DNA of 64,000 bases, from the NCBI GenBank assembly GCA_013265495.1, contig MU061579.1, forward strand, positions 2,539,319-2,603,318. Direction: 5' to 3'. Shown one piece after another: positions 1 to 11,810 of this stretch. The stretch comes from Vicugna vicugna. Its lineage: Eukaryota. Position 1 is the first letter of the stretch. Each line of letters opens with the position of its first letter. The position numbers and the translations under genes were made by a program. The notes under the pieces are model-generated. The model saw nothing but the letters and a program-made list of their open reading frames with translations, was not told the DNA's origin and ran no database searches.

Positions 1-80
1 TGCCATGGGAGGTCCCATATTCACAGGTTGCAGGGATGAGGATACAGACATCTCTGAAGGACCATTATCTTTCCCATCAC
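1..80 (-). mobile_element. MaLR (MLT1) LTR terminal fragment, truncated by window edge
   Basis: ATATTCACAGGTTGCAGGGATGAGGATACAGACATCT resembles the reverse complement of an MLT1 LTR 5' end; the same motif occurs at 24560-24600. Confidence 0.55.
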
Positions 81-699
81 GTCTTCCACAGCTGTTTTCT
101 TTCTCTCATGCTAGATTTTGCCTTTTCTGGACCTCAGTCTCTGATTTCCATAAAAAATTCATAGGCATAAAAGACTGTTACAAATGTTGGGGATGACAGT
201 TTACACTAATAAAACGAAACTATACAAAACATTAAATGTTTTTTATTTCCGAAAATGACCTCATGTCAACTGGGAAATATTCTTTTGTTTTTGTTTTTTC
301 ACTCTTAGATGGAAGGAAAAGGATATTCTTGTTTTTTAATAATTTGGAAATGGGAATGTGTAGAGAAACCATGAGAAAAAACGTAGTCTCACATGATTGC
401 TGTTTTGAACAGACACTGCTGGCAGCTGGGGTAGGTATGCCTCCATCCTGACGGTGGGGTGGGGCCCACCGCATTCACGACAGGTTGGCAGGCTCCTCGT
501 CACACGGGTGTGAACATAAAATACCCTAATTTGGAACATTCTCACAAAACTTTGATTTTACAACAAGACTAAGAAAAACCTTTGGTTTAACCCTAATCTA
601 AGTCTAAATCTAAGTCATGCTTGTGAAGTGCTGATGTTCTTTCGTTGGCAACCTTCCTGACAGTGAGCTGGAGTCGATAATGTGATACGATAGTTGATT

Positions 700-1135
700 A
701 CACTTCAAATAATGGTGCCCCCTAAACCTTCATTTTGTTCTTTAGCAGTAGGATATAATTTTTAGGGTGGACAAAGACCCAAGGTATAAATGTTTATCAG
801 TCAAACAGTCATGACAATCCTATAGCCCATGGCCAGTAATTGCCTTATTGGAGGTGGGGAGAAGACTCTGTGGCCACAAAGCCCCAATTATTCCAACTGT
901 CTCTTGACCTGATCATAGAAACTCTCTTTCAACTCTGAGGTTAAATCATCTTCTGAGGATACCAGAGGGGAAGATGAAAAGAGGCTAGGTCCTTCATGGT
1001 ATCACTGAGCCCCTGGACCAAGACTGGAACTGCTTTCCAGTAATTAAGTGGACTCTGGATTGACCAAGAGAATAAACAAATGCCTTTATTGTTCAACCTA
1101 CTTTTATTTGGTATTCTGAGACTTCTGCCAAAGCA
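700..1135 (+). mobile_element. Old MaLR LTR (MLT1J/K-like), degraded
   Basis: Contains GGTCCTTCATGGTATCACTGAGCCCCTGGACCA, then AATAAA and TTTATTGTTCAACCTACTTTTATTTGGTATTCTGAGACTT, typical of an old MLT1 3' end. Confidence 0.45.
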
Positions 1136-1221
1136 TAATAAAAGCTAGGAAGTTCTACTTAGAACAAGCAAGAGCATTATAAGAATTTAAAATGGGGAAA
1201 ATTTGAAAATCTGGAAGAAGC

Positions 1222-1612
1222 TATCTTAGCTCAAGCTGTATAACAAAATGCCACAGACTGGGTGACTCCAACAACAGATACTTTTTTCTCAAAGTTCTGG
1301 AGCCTGGGAAATTCAAGATCAGGGTGCTGACAGATTTGCATCCTGGTGAGAGCTTGCTTCCTGGATTGCGGATGGCCACCTTCTCACTGTGCACTGACGT
1401 GGCCTCACCTTCGTGTGCGTGTGACCCGAGCAAGAGTGGGCTCCCTGATATCTCTTCTTATAAGGACACTAAACCTAGTGGATCGGGGTCCTACTCTAAT
1501 GACCTCATTTAACCTTAATTATCTCCTTAAAGGCCCTGTCTCCAAATACAGTCACATTGGGGGTTAGGTTGTCAACATATGAATTTCAGGACACATAGCT
1601 TCAGTCCATATC
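1222..1612 (-). mobile_element. MLT1A-type MaLR solo LTR
   Basis: Runs from TCTTAGCTCAAGCTGTATAACAAAATGCCACAGACTGGGTG through GACCTCATTTAACCTTAATTA to GGGGGTTAGGTTGTCAACATATGAATTT; reverse complement of the MLT1A consensus. Confidence 0.9.
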
Positions 1613-1614
1613 AG

Positions 1615-1945
1615 AAGCTAAATATATAAGTATATATAGTATATAAAAATGTCACATTTAATTATACTATATTTACTAAATTCATAATCAGATACAGTAG
1701 ATTATGTATAATATGGTATACAATGTATTATATATTATACATTTCATTACTTAATATATTAAGATAGCATACAATATATCTCTTATGAGAAATAATATAT
1801 AATGACATATATAGCATTTTAGGTCTAACAGGTAAAAGATTATATAGTATAGTTATAAATTATGTAATCTATTATCTATTGCATAAATTAACAATGTTAT
1901 GTACTAATTAAAATGTAATAATGCTCATATTCACATATTTTTACC
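1615..1945. repeat. AT-rich low-complexity (TA-rich) tract
   Basis: Dominated by TATA/ATAT words, very low GC. Confidence 0.7.
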
Positions 1946-2961
1946 TACTTTTTAAACTTGGAAATGTGTTTAAAAATTCCACTTTTTAAAATCAATATTC
2001 TTATTTTTAATCATGAGACATATTTTTTGCTATTAAAAATAGTAGTAGAATGAAACTGTTGTTTTACATACATCTTCATTTGTATCCCTGAATATTATTT
2101 CCTTAGGGTGAATTCCTAGAAGTAAATGATAATATTTTTAAGAATTTTGAAATATTATCAAATTTGTTTCAGAAAAAACTAATTTACACAAGCATTAATG
2201 ATAAGATTAGCAATTTCTTACTTTTTGAAAGCACTAGGATTTTCATTCTTTTTAACTTTTCATTTTGATAGCAATAAAACAGCATCACATACTCTTGTTT
2301 TCATTCCTTTAGTAACTGTGACATTGAATTCAATTTCAGCAGATGGTGCACTACTTTTACTTCATTTTTCATAATTTTTAAACTTTTATTTAGGGTCCTA
2401 AATGGCAGGCAGCTTTCTGAGATGCTTAAAGGCTGGGCTGTGGCCTTGCTGTTGTTGGAGAACTTGACTCAGGAAACAGCAGAGCCTGATGTTTGTAAAT
2501 ATTCACTTGAACAGAAGCACATTATATTGTTTGCATAATTTCAACTGGCAAATGATGTAAACCTGAATATAAAAGTTCAGTGTGTAATAAAAATTGGAGA
2601 GTGTTCACTCCTCTGGCAGGATCAGCAATCATTCCCCCAAATAGCACATTGTTTGCATTAGAAGCAGCCCCTCTCCAGGACACCTCCTCGTCTGCAATCT
2701 GCCAGCAAGCTGTCAAGTTCACAAATCTACAGTATTCACATCTACAAATCCACAAGCTCTATGAATGCAAATCTTGTCCCTTGGAGTGGTGTCCTGCACA
2801 ATTTTCACATCAAAGGGCTAATTAAGGCTTCATACCTGGTCAAAACATAAGTTCCAAAGTATTTTCAGAGACTTTTGGTCTTTTGATTGGTTTACATGTA
2901 TATACACTATGTATTTTATATACATGCACACACATATTTGTGTCTGTGTGCGTATATTTAG

Positions 2962-3336
2962 TTACGGGTTGAATGTTTGAGTTCCCCTTCCCTACCCTGG
3001 CCAGATTCCTTTGTTGAAATCTAATCTCCAAAATGATGGGATTTGGAGGTAGGGCCTTTGAGAGGTCATGAGGTCATGAGGGTGGGGCCCTCATGAATGT
3101 GATTAATGCCCTTATAAGAAGGGACCAGAGAGCTTGCTCATTCTTCTTCCACTATGTGAGGACATAGTGAGAGGTCAGCTTTCTGCAACCCTGAAGAGGG
3201 CTCTCACCAGAACCCAACCATGCTGACACCATGCTCATGGACTTCCAGCCTCCAGAACTGTGAGAAATAAATATTTGTTGTTTAAGCCACCTGGTCAATG
3301 GTAACTTGCTATAGCAACCCAAGCTGACTGAGACAC
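2962..3336 (+). mobile_element. MLT1A0-type MaLR solo LTR
   Basis: Contains GGGCCTTTGAGAGGTCATGAGGTCATGAGGGTGGGGCCCTCATGAATG and GGACTTCCAGCCTCCAGAACTGTGAGAAATAAAT, ending CTGACTGAGACA. Confidence 0.92.
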
Positions 3337-3627
3337 ACACCTACATACATGCATGCACATGCACAGACATATTTTTTTGTGTACCAGATCTATATCTTTT
3401 TCTAGTGTTTCCTGTCTTTGTATAGTACAAAGAAAAACTTTCCTTATCCTATGAATAAATGTATGCAATTTAATTCTAAGTCCTTTATTGTTTCTTAATG
3501 AAAATTGAATTTACTTTAAAAGTAAATAAAGTTAAAAATTACCTTTTTCCTTTATTTGCAGTTGCAGTTTAAAAAGAATTAGTTGTTATAGAAAAATTCA
3601 TCCTTTTCACATGGAAGTGAAAGTCCT

Positions 3628-3687
3628 AGTCTCTCTCTCTTTCTCCTTATAAATGTATCTATTTATCTCTCTCTCTCTCTCTCTCTC

Positions 3688-3726
<39 letters not shown>

Positions 3727-3741
3727 CTATATATATTTATA
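3628..3741. repeat. (CT)n + (TA)n compound microsatellite
   Basis: Direct reading: long CT run at ~3667-3720 followed by ATATATCTATATATAT. Confidence 0.95.
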
Positions 3742-3853
3742 GGAGTATTTAAGCTTTACTCTCAGTAAATTTCAGTTATATAATACAGCATTATCAACTA
3801 TAGTCACCATGTTATATATTAGATCCTCAAGCCTTAATCATCTTATAGCTAAA
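3742..3853 (-). mobile_element. L1 (L1MA9/L1MB-like) 3' UTR fragment
   Basis: Reverse complement reads TAAGATGATTAAGGCTTGAGGATCTAATATATAACATGGTGACTATAGTTGATAATGCTGTATT, the L1MA/MB distal 3' UTR. Confidence 0.85.
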
Positions 3854-4566
3854 CATATACAGAACTAAGATTATTCCATGGCAAAAACAAACAAACAATC
3901 AAAAAAACAAGCAATTTGACTGAAAACTGGCAAGAGAAACTGAATAGACATTTTCCTAAAGAAGATATACAAATGGCCAGCAGGTACATTAAAAGGTGCT
4001 CAATGTCACAAAATATCAGGAAAATGCAAATCAAAACCACAATGAGATACTGCCTCACATTTTTTAGAGCTGTTGTCATCAAAAAGATAAGAGATAACAA
4101 GTGTTGTTGAGGATGTGGAAAAAAGGAAACCCTTGTGCACTGTTGGTGGGAACATAAATTGGTATAGACTCTATGAAAACTGTACAGAGGCTTCTCAAGA
4201 AACTAAAAACAAAAATATGATACAGCAATTTCACTCCTGGGTATGTGCTCAAAGGAAATGGAAACCAGCTATTTATTAAAGAGAAGTCTGCACTGGTGTT
4301 CATTGCATTATTAGTCACAATAGTCAAGATACGGAAACAGCCTAAGTGTCTACTGATCGATGAGTGGATAAAGAAATATATACATACAGTGGAATGTCAT
4401 TCAGCCATGAGAAAGAAGGAAATCCTGCTGTTTTTGACAACATGAATGGAACTTGATGGCATTATGTTAAGTGAAATAAACCAGATGGAGAAAGATAAAT
4501 ACTTCATGATATCACTTATATGAGAAATCTGAAAGAAAAAAGGTGAACTTACAGAAACATAGAGAA
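3854..4566 (+). mobile_element. L1 ORF2 C-terminus + proximal 3' UTR (degenerate)
   Basis: ORF 3916-4110 reads LNRHFPKEDIQMASRYIKRCS..IRKMQIKTTMRYCLT and ORF 4245-4445 reads VFIALLVTI..KQPKC..DEWIKK, both L1 ORF2p C-terminal motifs; interrupted by stops/frameshifts. Confidence 0.95.
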
Positions 4567-4599
4567 ATGACTCTTATTTTATGTGGAAGAGTAAATAAG

Positions 4600-4920
4600 G
4601 GTAGAAAGAATGGAATGGAAAGGAGTGAGAAAGCCAGGTGGGGTCACTGGACAGTTGACTGGGGAATGAATTTCCTCACATTGGACAATGTCCAGAGGGA
4701 TTGTTGAAGAAGGAGTATTCCATTTTCCAACACTCAAAGGGATGTCAAGTTCCCAGGGACAGTGGGGAGGGGAGAAACCAAACTACTTAGGTTAAGTCAA
4801 GTTAGTGGGGTTTTTGTCCAAATTGGTCAGTAGGGACAAATAGTTCAGCTAATCATTTATGATTCAAAGAATGGAAATTTAGGTCTGTGTCTGGTCCTAT
4901 TACAGTTAAAGTCTGTTACC
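4600..4920 (-). mobile_element. Probable ERV-class LTR remnant
   Basis: CAAATTGGTCAGTAGGGACAAATAGTTCAGCTAATCATTTATGA resembles MER-type ERV1 LTRs; family not resolved. Confidence 0.35.
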
Positions 4921-7900
4921 AACCTTCAGGTAAAGTATGACATTGCGTGTCCTCTAGTTTCCAGGACTCTGAGTTAGAAACTGTCCCCTCATCATTTAAA
5001 GATGAGTTTTCTACTCAACTTGATGATTTTTCAGCTAATGTAATTGTTGTTTGCCCTGCTTTCTGTTTTTGTTTGTAACCGTCTGATTTTTCCCTCCTGA
5101 GCCTTCTCTGTGAACTGTTTTCACCATTTGCTCTAAGTTTCTCTGTGAACAGCATTTAGATTTTTCAACAGGAATTGTTAACTCATTTATACACTGCATA
5201 ATAAGTAATCTGTTTCCTTTCTGTCAGCATTGTACATTTATGACTCTTTTCCCATTTTTTATGCAGGGTCATTATTTTTATTTCAATAAGCTTTTTTTTT
5301 CCCCTGAATTATTGGGAAAACATACTTTACATTTTAGATTGTTTTTGGTAGAAATATAGGTAAAACTTATTTTGCTATCATTTGACCTGGTTTTTCTTCC
5401 CGCCTAAACACCATTTAAAAAAATACTTAATGGATTTAAATCACCAAACCTGTCTAGTTGGTGGTCAGTTGGTAGATTTCTCTGGGCTTGTATTAAACTC
5501 CTCCAAATCAGCTAAACGCTAGTCTTCCTTCACTTGATATTGAAAAAAAAACTTAAAAAATATTTTATTTCCATTCCATTTCTTGTTCATAAAATAATAA
5601 TAATTATAAATGAATTGCATGTATCTGTTACTAGTTTTCTATATTTTTAATTCTCTGATTTTAAAATTCATAGTAGTGTTATTATTGTGTATTATGGAAA
5701 TACTACATAGTATCTTTATAATAAAACTGATTCAATTTTTGTGTGATGTAGTTATGATTATAGTCATTTTGTTACCTTTTTGAGGAGATGGTTCAGCATG
5801 GTTAGACTGAATTTATTTTTAATTTCTTGTTTGCTCTTGATCATAATAAAATATAAATCCTACGGCCTCAACACAAAGGAACCGTGTAGTTTTCACTTGT
5901 CCTTTTACTTCCTCTTTAATGTAATGACAGAATAACTTAAAGCAGTTTATAATGCTTTTTACTATAAACAAGATAGTTTATATCACATATGAGTCCATAC
6001 ATATATGTTTAGACAGACATAGATCTAAGTAAATGAAAAAAAAATATGAAAAAACGTATATAAAATCTGCAAAGCCATCAGATATTTTTGTTCTGTTCTC
6101 TTTAATCTTGTGTTTTTATAAATGCTGCCATGACACTATGCATTTGTTGCAAGATCCAGCATTTAGAGATATTCTGCTGCTTAAAATGTACTGAATGAGA
6201 TTATAGTGAGCTGTTTTCAGCACTCCGACTGAGAAAGTCTAATTGTTAAAATGTCTGGAGACCTGAGCTGGCATTGCCGGCTCTTGTTGGGGGCACGCGA
6301 AGAAGGGGCTGCCGCCAGCCCTCTGCTGGGTCTCAGGAGGCTTCGGTCTCCCACTTCAGCTAGTCCTCTCTGCTCACTTAGTTCCCTGGGGTATAATGAG
6401 CATGCAGATTGAGCAGACGCAGAAGCCACGCACATCCTCCCTCGTCCTTAATAACATTTTCTAGGTAAATTCCCATTAGGCATTGCTCAGGGGAATCCTC
6501 TTAGAGCTTAAGGAAGGGATGGGTCTGCTCCTAAGTAGATTAGGTACACATAGAAGGATCACCAGGAAACAAACACAAAGAAACTTCCAGCATGGAATCA
6601 GTATTCACTCTTCCAGTGCAAATTCATAGACACTTTTAGCAGTTGTCAGGAAGTGTAATTAATGAGTTTCAATCAGCGTTATTTTAAATAAATTAGAAGG
6701 GAAAATTCCAGACAGCATTACACATAGTACAGTTTCAGAAGACTTTTTGTCACAGTGTGTGCGTGTTAATGTACATTAACGTTACATTAACGTTACATAT
6801 AACGATCATGATATTAAACGATGTCCTCATTCTACATAGTGAGCATCAAAGTTTGAAAGCGGCTGCCTCGTGAGATATGGTGTAGAAACTTTAAGACCAG
6901 CTTGCTTCAGAAAAATATTTATGATATTGTTTTTCTCTATCCTGCAAATGGGAAAAATCTTCACGTGGCTAGAACCAGAGGAATTCATATCTACTCTTGG
7001 ATATTTTCTGCCAAATCCTGCTTCTTGAATCATTTACATTTTTGCTAAAGCATCATTTGTTTCCTTAGCTTTCTTCCCTAAATCTGATGGCTAACATTCT
7101 GTTTCAGTCTTTTTGTTGTCAGCCAATCTTTTATCTCCAGCCTCAAAAAGTTCATGTTTTGTTTAACTTCATGGGAGTCTCTAAGGAGATACTACAGAAA
7201 ACTTCTCTCTCCCAAGTAACTGTGTTCTTTTCCTTCTATTATGCTATCTCAGCTCTTTTTCTGTATTGATTTTTTTCCCTTTATTCCCTCCTCCCCCCAT
7301 AACCCACTCTTGAACATAATGGTATCTATCCCATTACTCTATTACCTACCAAATGCAGTAAGTGACTTTCCCTTGACTCCTTTAAACATTTACCCGGATG
7401 GTGTTAGATCTTTCATATAAGATCAAAAACTGGAGAACTAATGGATGTAGGTCAGTGTTAGCACCTCAGAGATCACAGCCAGAAGAGACGAGGAGGAGAG
7501 CTGTGGAAAGGTCATCTCTTACGAGGAAAAAGTGTATGTTGATATTATGTCCTTTTAGGTTTGTTTCTCTCCTATACTTTACTAAGCAGAAGTTTACAAG
7601 AGATCTGTAAAGTGGATGCTGTATTTTTCTAACAATTTTTTTTCTCATGAGAGTTTTTTTTCTAGTTTCTTTCTTGTTTTCAAATTTTAACATCTGCTTT
7701 TATCATTTCTGGGAGTGGGGAATTGTGTTAATAATACATATGTTAAAACTACTATTTTCTGGAAATGATCATCTTACCTTCAATATGTGTGTACTTATGT
7801 TCAAGTAAAATGTATGAGTACGATGTTCTTTCTAGGACTTTATGAGTGCCTCCAGAATGTTTTTGAATAGAAACACATAAAAAAGAAGATATATAAATAT

Positions 7901-9494
7901 GCCCATATATATTTTGCATGCATTTATATATATTTTTTCCTTTGAAGAAACCAAAAGTATCTCTACCTCCAGACCACTTTACCGAGAGAAGAAAAGGCTC
8001 ATAAGGGTGAATGTCATTAAGAATCAAGGCTTTTTGGACCAAAGGAAGGAGAGAAGGTGGAAGAAAGCAAAGGTCACTGCAGCCGCGATGCTTTTCGTTA
8101 GCTCTGGAGCACATTTTTAATCTAAATTTCAGGATCAGGCCATCTTTCTATCATAGAGTTTAGTATGGATTTCAGCATCACAACATTCACATACTTAACC
8201 TTTATTTATGAGGACAGTTTCAGAGGATGGTCTTTTCCAGCCTTTCAGTTGTCCCCGTTAAATGTCAATTTGGGTTTAAAGCTGCCATCGTGGGAGGCCG
8301 CTAGAGAAGCCAAATTTCTTTTCTGGAGACGTTGTAACACTGTAGCTTTCACTGCAGCTCACAAATGCAGCGCCCACTGATCTGAAATTTAGATCCACAA
8401 AGGGCAACCTAAACTTAGCCTGTAGAAACATGTTTTCAATTCACATTCCTTTACAACACAGCCATACGTAAAACCGAGAGCTTGTGGTTTAGTGGGAGAA
8501 TTTGGATTTACTTCTCTATATTTGAGAATTTGAAATCAAAGGTAGTATTTTTCTCTTTTGACATCTGTATAAATATCTCAAAAATGAAAATAAGGTAGTA
8601 AAACATGTTACCTGCCACAGAATTATGACTGTATTTCCCCGAGATTTTGTTTTTTCTTTCCAATCCCAAACCCAGTCTCTAAAAGATATCAGAGACTATT
8701 TTGAAAGAAGTTAATAGGTTAGGTCATGTAATGATACACTTCAGTATCTTTACCTCTCAGATCAATGAGTTAAGTATTGTTTTGTGAAGCATTTGCTCAG
8801 CTAACGTTTGGGTACCATTCAACCTTCCCATCTTCTTACCTTTGCCTCCCCTTTTTTCTCAAACTACTTTACATAGATAAGCACACTTGGTAGGTTTGGC
8901 TTTTACCATTATAATAGTTGGAATATTCTTGTTTGTGTAGGTTTTCCATTGTGTTTGTTCATATTAGTTGTGAAGAGATCACATGAGGGTTGACTAAATT
9001 AAAACTTACTTTGTGGAGAATTTTAGGGAAATCCCTGTTAAGGAAAGCAGAAAAAGTAGAGGTGAGTTGGTAATGAAATGAAGTTGTTTTCTTTGGTTGT
9101 GCACTTTGGTATTTAGAAATCACCTTGAGTAGGGAAAAAAACATGAGCCAACGATAAGGAAGACACCTTCAATACATCATCTCGTGATAATAATCAGGGA
9201 GCCAATGAGTATGAAGAAACAAAGCAAATACAGTATTCTCAACTGAACACCGTTTACTTTACTACAAAGTATGCTGTTACTGTTTATGGGAGGCATAAAA
9301 TAATCTATTTAAATGATATCTTCATAAATTTTATGTGGACATGAAGTTTCATGCATTTTTAACTAACAGAACCTATAAATGTATGACTGGGCAGTCACCA
9401 TAAGCCAAACAATGTCTGTGCCGTGTGCTACCGGAAGGAAAAGATACGAGGTGCATGTCATATTTTGTATTTGTTTCCACAAATTTGGGTGTTT

Positions 9495-10080
9495 AAAGCC
9501 CTTCACTGACTTCCCATAGCTCTCGGAATAAAAATGCCAAACCTTAAGTATATATAAGAGGCCCTGCACAGCCTGGTCCCTGTCTGCCTACATCTCCAGT
9601 CGTAGACTGTGTTGTTTTCCTCCTCAGTCTTTTCCTTGTTCTGACCGTGGCCAGTTCTTCAGCTCCTGCAACGCACCAGTTTTTCCCTCTAGACCTTTAG
9701 ATGTGTGTCACAGGTATCCTCTCCTCTACCTTCGCCACTCCCTTCATGACCCACCCCTCTGTTTGCTCCATATGCATCCTTCAGTTTTAGCCAAAGATGA
9801 TGGGTTCCTTGAGATCCTCTGTGAATTCCAGCCTAAACTGAAATTTAGACTTCCCAGAAACAGTCTTTCTTAGCCTTCTACCTTTCATATGGTGGCACTT
9901 AAATATATGTTTATGTGTAATATTTTGTGCTGAAATTATTATTGACTACTGGGGAGTAAATCCCTCAAGAGCAAGAATCCTGTCTCTTTTGCTCACCAAT
10001 TTTTCATTTAGCGCTTCACCTAGTAGGTAGTACAGAAAAAGGAGCCTATGTTTGCATTACTAAGCAACAATTGAATCACA
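9495..10080 (+). mobile_element. L2 3' region
   Basis: CTTCACTGACTTCCCATAGCTCTCGGAATAAAATGCCAAACCTT, AGGCCCTGCACAGCCTGGTCCCTG and GAGCAAGAATCCTGTCTCTTTTGCTCACC are typical L2 3' words. Confidence 0.75.
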
Positions 10081-10397
10081 CTTGAACTATTTAAGTGATT
10101 AGTTAGAAACACTTTGGAAGCCTGAAATTCATGAAGGTCCAGATAACAAAGGGAGCAGAGGGACCCCTAGACGTGGTTGAACTAAAGCTGTTTGGCCAGA
10201 AACAATGGGCATCTTGGAGGGGCAGGGCCCTTGCAGTGTGCACGAGACACCCGCCTTCTGAAAGTTCACCTGTGGGACTGCATGGCTGGCAAAGACAACG
10301 CTGTACAAACACTGCCCGGAGTGGAATGCAGGCTGAAAAGTGTGAGGACACTCCCGAAGAAGAAAATGTAGGTAGTTTCTATGGCTTTTCTTTTTTA

Positions 10398-10447
10398 ATG
10401 GAAGAAGAAGAGGAAGAAGAAGGTGGAGGAGGAGGAGGAGGGGAATG
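10398..10447. repeat. (GAA)n/(GGA)n purine tract
   Basis: GGAAGAAGAAGAGGAAGAAGAAGGTGGAGGAGGAGGAGGAGGG. Confidence 0.85.
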
Positions 10448-10625
10448 AAAACGAACAGGGTCAGGTCCTTCCCTGACATAAAGGGATCGAGCCAATTTCT
10501 GTGTCTCCTTTGCTCTTTGTATGTGCTGCTCTGGCTTCATACATGGCTCTACATTGTAATTTATCTGCTTACATCTTTTTTTTTTCTCTCCTAAGCTCCA
10601 AGTTCCTTTGAGTTTAAGAGTTTAC

Positions 10626-10661
10626 GTGTGTGTGTGTGTGTGTATGTGTGTGTGTGTGTGT
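10626..10661. repeat. (TG)n microsatellite
   Basis: Direct reading, with one TA interruption. Confidence 0.95.
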
Positions 10662-11069
10662 ATCAATGAATTCATTAATTTAAATAAGTGCTTTACAAAC
10701 TCCGACTTAAGAAGCACTAATGACCCCCACATTTCTGAGGGCAAGAAAAAATCAAAAACTATGGGACGACACATAAAGCCCTAATATGTTTGGTAACTGC
10801 TGACCTCCTCTCCTCTTCTCCCTCCATTTCCCAAAAGCATCATGAGCATCACCAGCCAAACCAAGCTTTCTTTTCCCTGCGTGTACTTCTTACTTGGGGC
10901 CTCTTTGCACTGGATACTTCCTCTCCCCGGCAAACTCTCCTTGCCTTTGACTGTATTTTCAGTTCTTTATTCCCCCTTTAAAACTTAATTTACTTGGAAC
11001 CTCCATTGTGAAGTCTTCTCTGCCTTCTGCCCCGGCCCTGTGAACTTAAGACGCTCTGCACCCGACAGA

Positions 11070-11240
11070 GGCTGGTAGAATGGTACCAACGGCATAGATG
11101 TTAAAGGGGAGCAGTCACTATTTAATTCCAATTTGGTTACTGTTATAACTGTGGAAATGTGAGCAAGTTACTTGGTTTCTGTAAGTTTCAAATTCCTCTG
11201 TGAAGTGGGGAATATAATGGTGCAGAGTTTTCAAGTTTAA
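11070..11240 (+). mobile_element. MIR SINE (degraded)
   Basis: TGTGAGCAAGTTACTT...GTTTCAAATTCCTCTGTGAAGTGGGGAATATAAT resembles the MIR core. Confidence 0.6.
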
Positions 11241-11399
11241 GGGGATGACGTATATGGTTTAAATAGGTTCTTTGTTATTTTCAGAAGTTATATTTTTAAT
11301 TGGGAGGAGGTAGTCATCTTTAAATCTTAATTTCCTTTGAAGAGGTAGTTTGTCATCTGCATCCTCATCCTGTTCTTTCCTTCATAATAATGGTGATGC

Positions 11400-11620
11400 T
11401 AAAAATACAGCAATACGTCTTTAAGCAGCACTCACAAAGTGGCAGGCATTATGCTAAGTGGTTTACCTGTGGTACCTCATACAACCCTGTTATTATATAA
11501 GAGGAAACTGAGTCACAGAGATGTTAAGCCCCGGTCCAAAGTCACAAATCTTATATGTGTGGTGCTGGGTTTTGGCCCTAAGAAGTCTGGCTGCCGAGTC
11601 TGTGCTCTGAATCACTAATT
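11400..11620 (-). mobile_element. MIR SINE
   Basis: GGCAGGCATTATGCTAAGTGGTTTAC...GAGGAAACTGAGTCACAGAGATGTTAAG...CAAAGTCACA is the antisense MIR core. Confidence 0.8.
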
Positions 11621-11669
11621 TGCTCTCTGCCTTTGCTGTCAGTCTGTTATTAGACTCCAACAGTCCCGG

Positions 11670-11810
11670 ATAGCAATTTCACTCCTCTAAGGCTCAGTTT
11701 TCTCATCTGCAAAATGGGGGAAATAAAAATGTTTGAGGTAGTGGAGAGGATCAAAACAAATAATGAATGATAAGCACATGAGTGCTAAGCACATGGTAGG
11801 AAATCAAGGG
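11670..11810 (+). mobile_element. MIR SINE
   Basis: CTCAGTTTTCTCATCTGCAAAATGGGG (MIR core). Confidence 0.75.

Noticed and set aside
10131..10448. 105-aa ORF ending in poly-Glu/poly-Gly
   Set aside because: The tail is just the (GAA)/(GGA) microsatellite; no recognisable domain or splice context.
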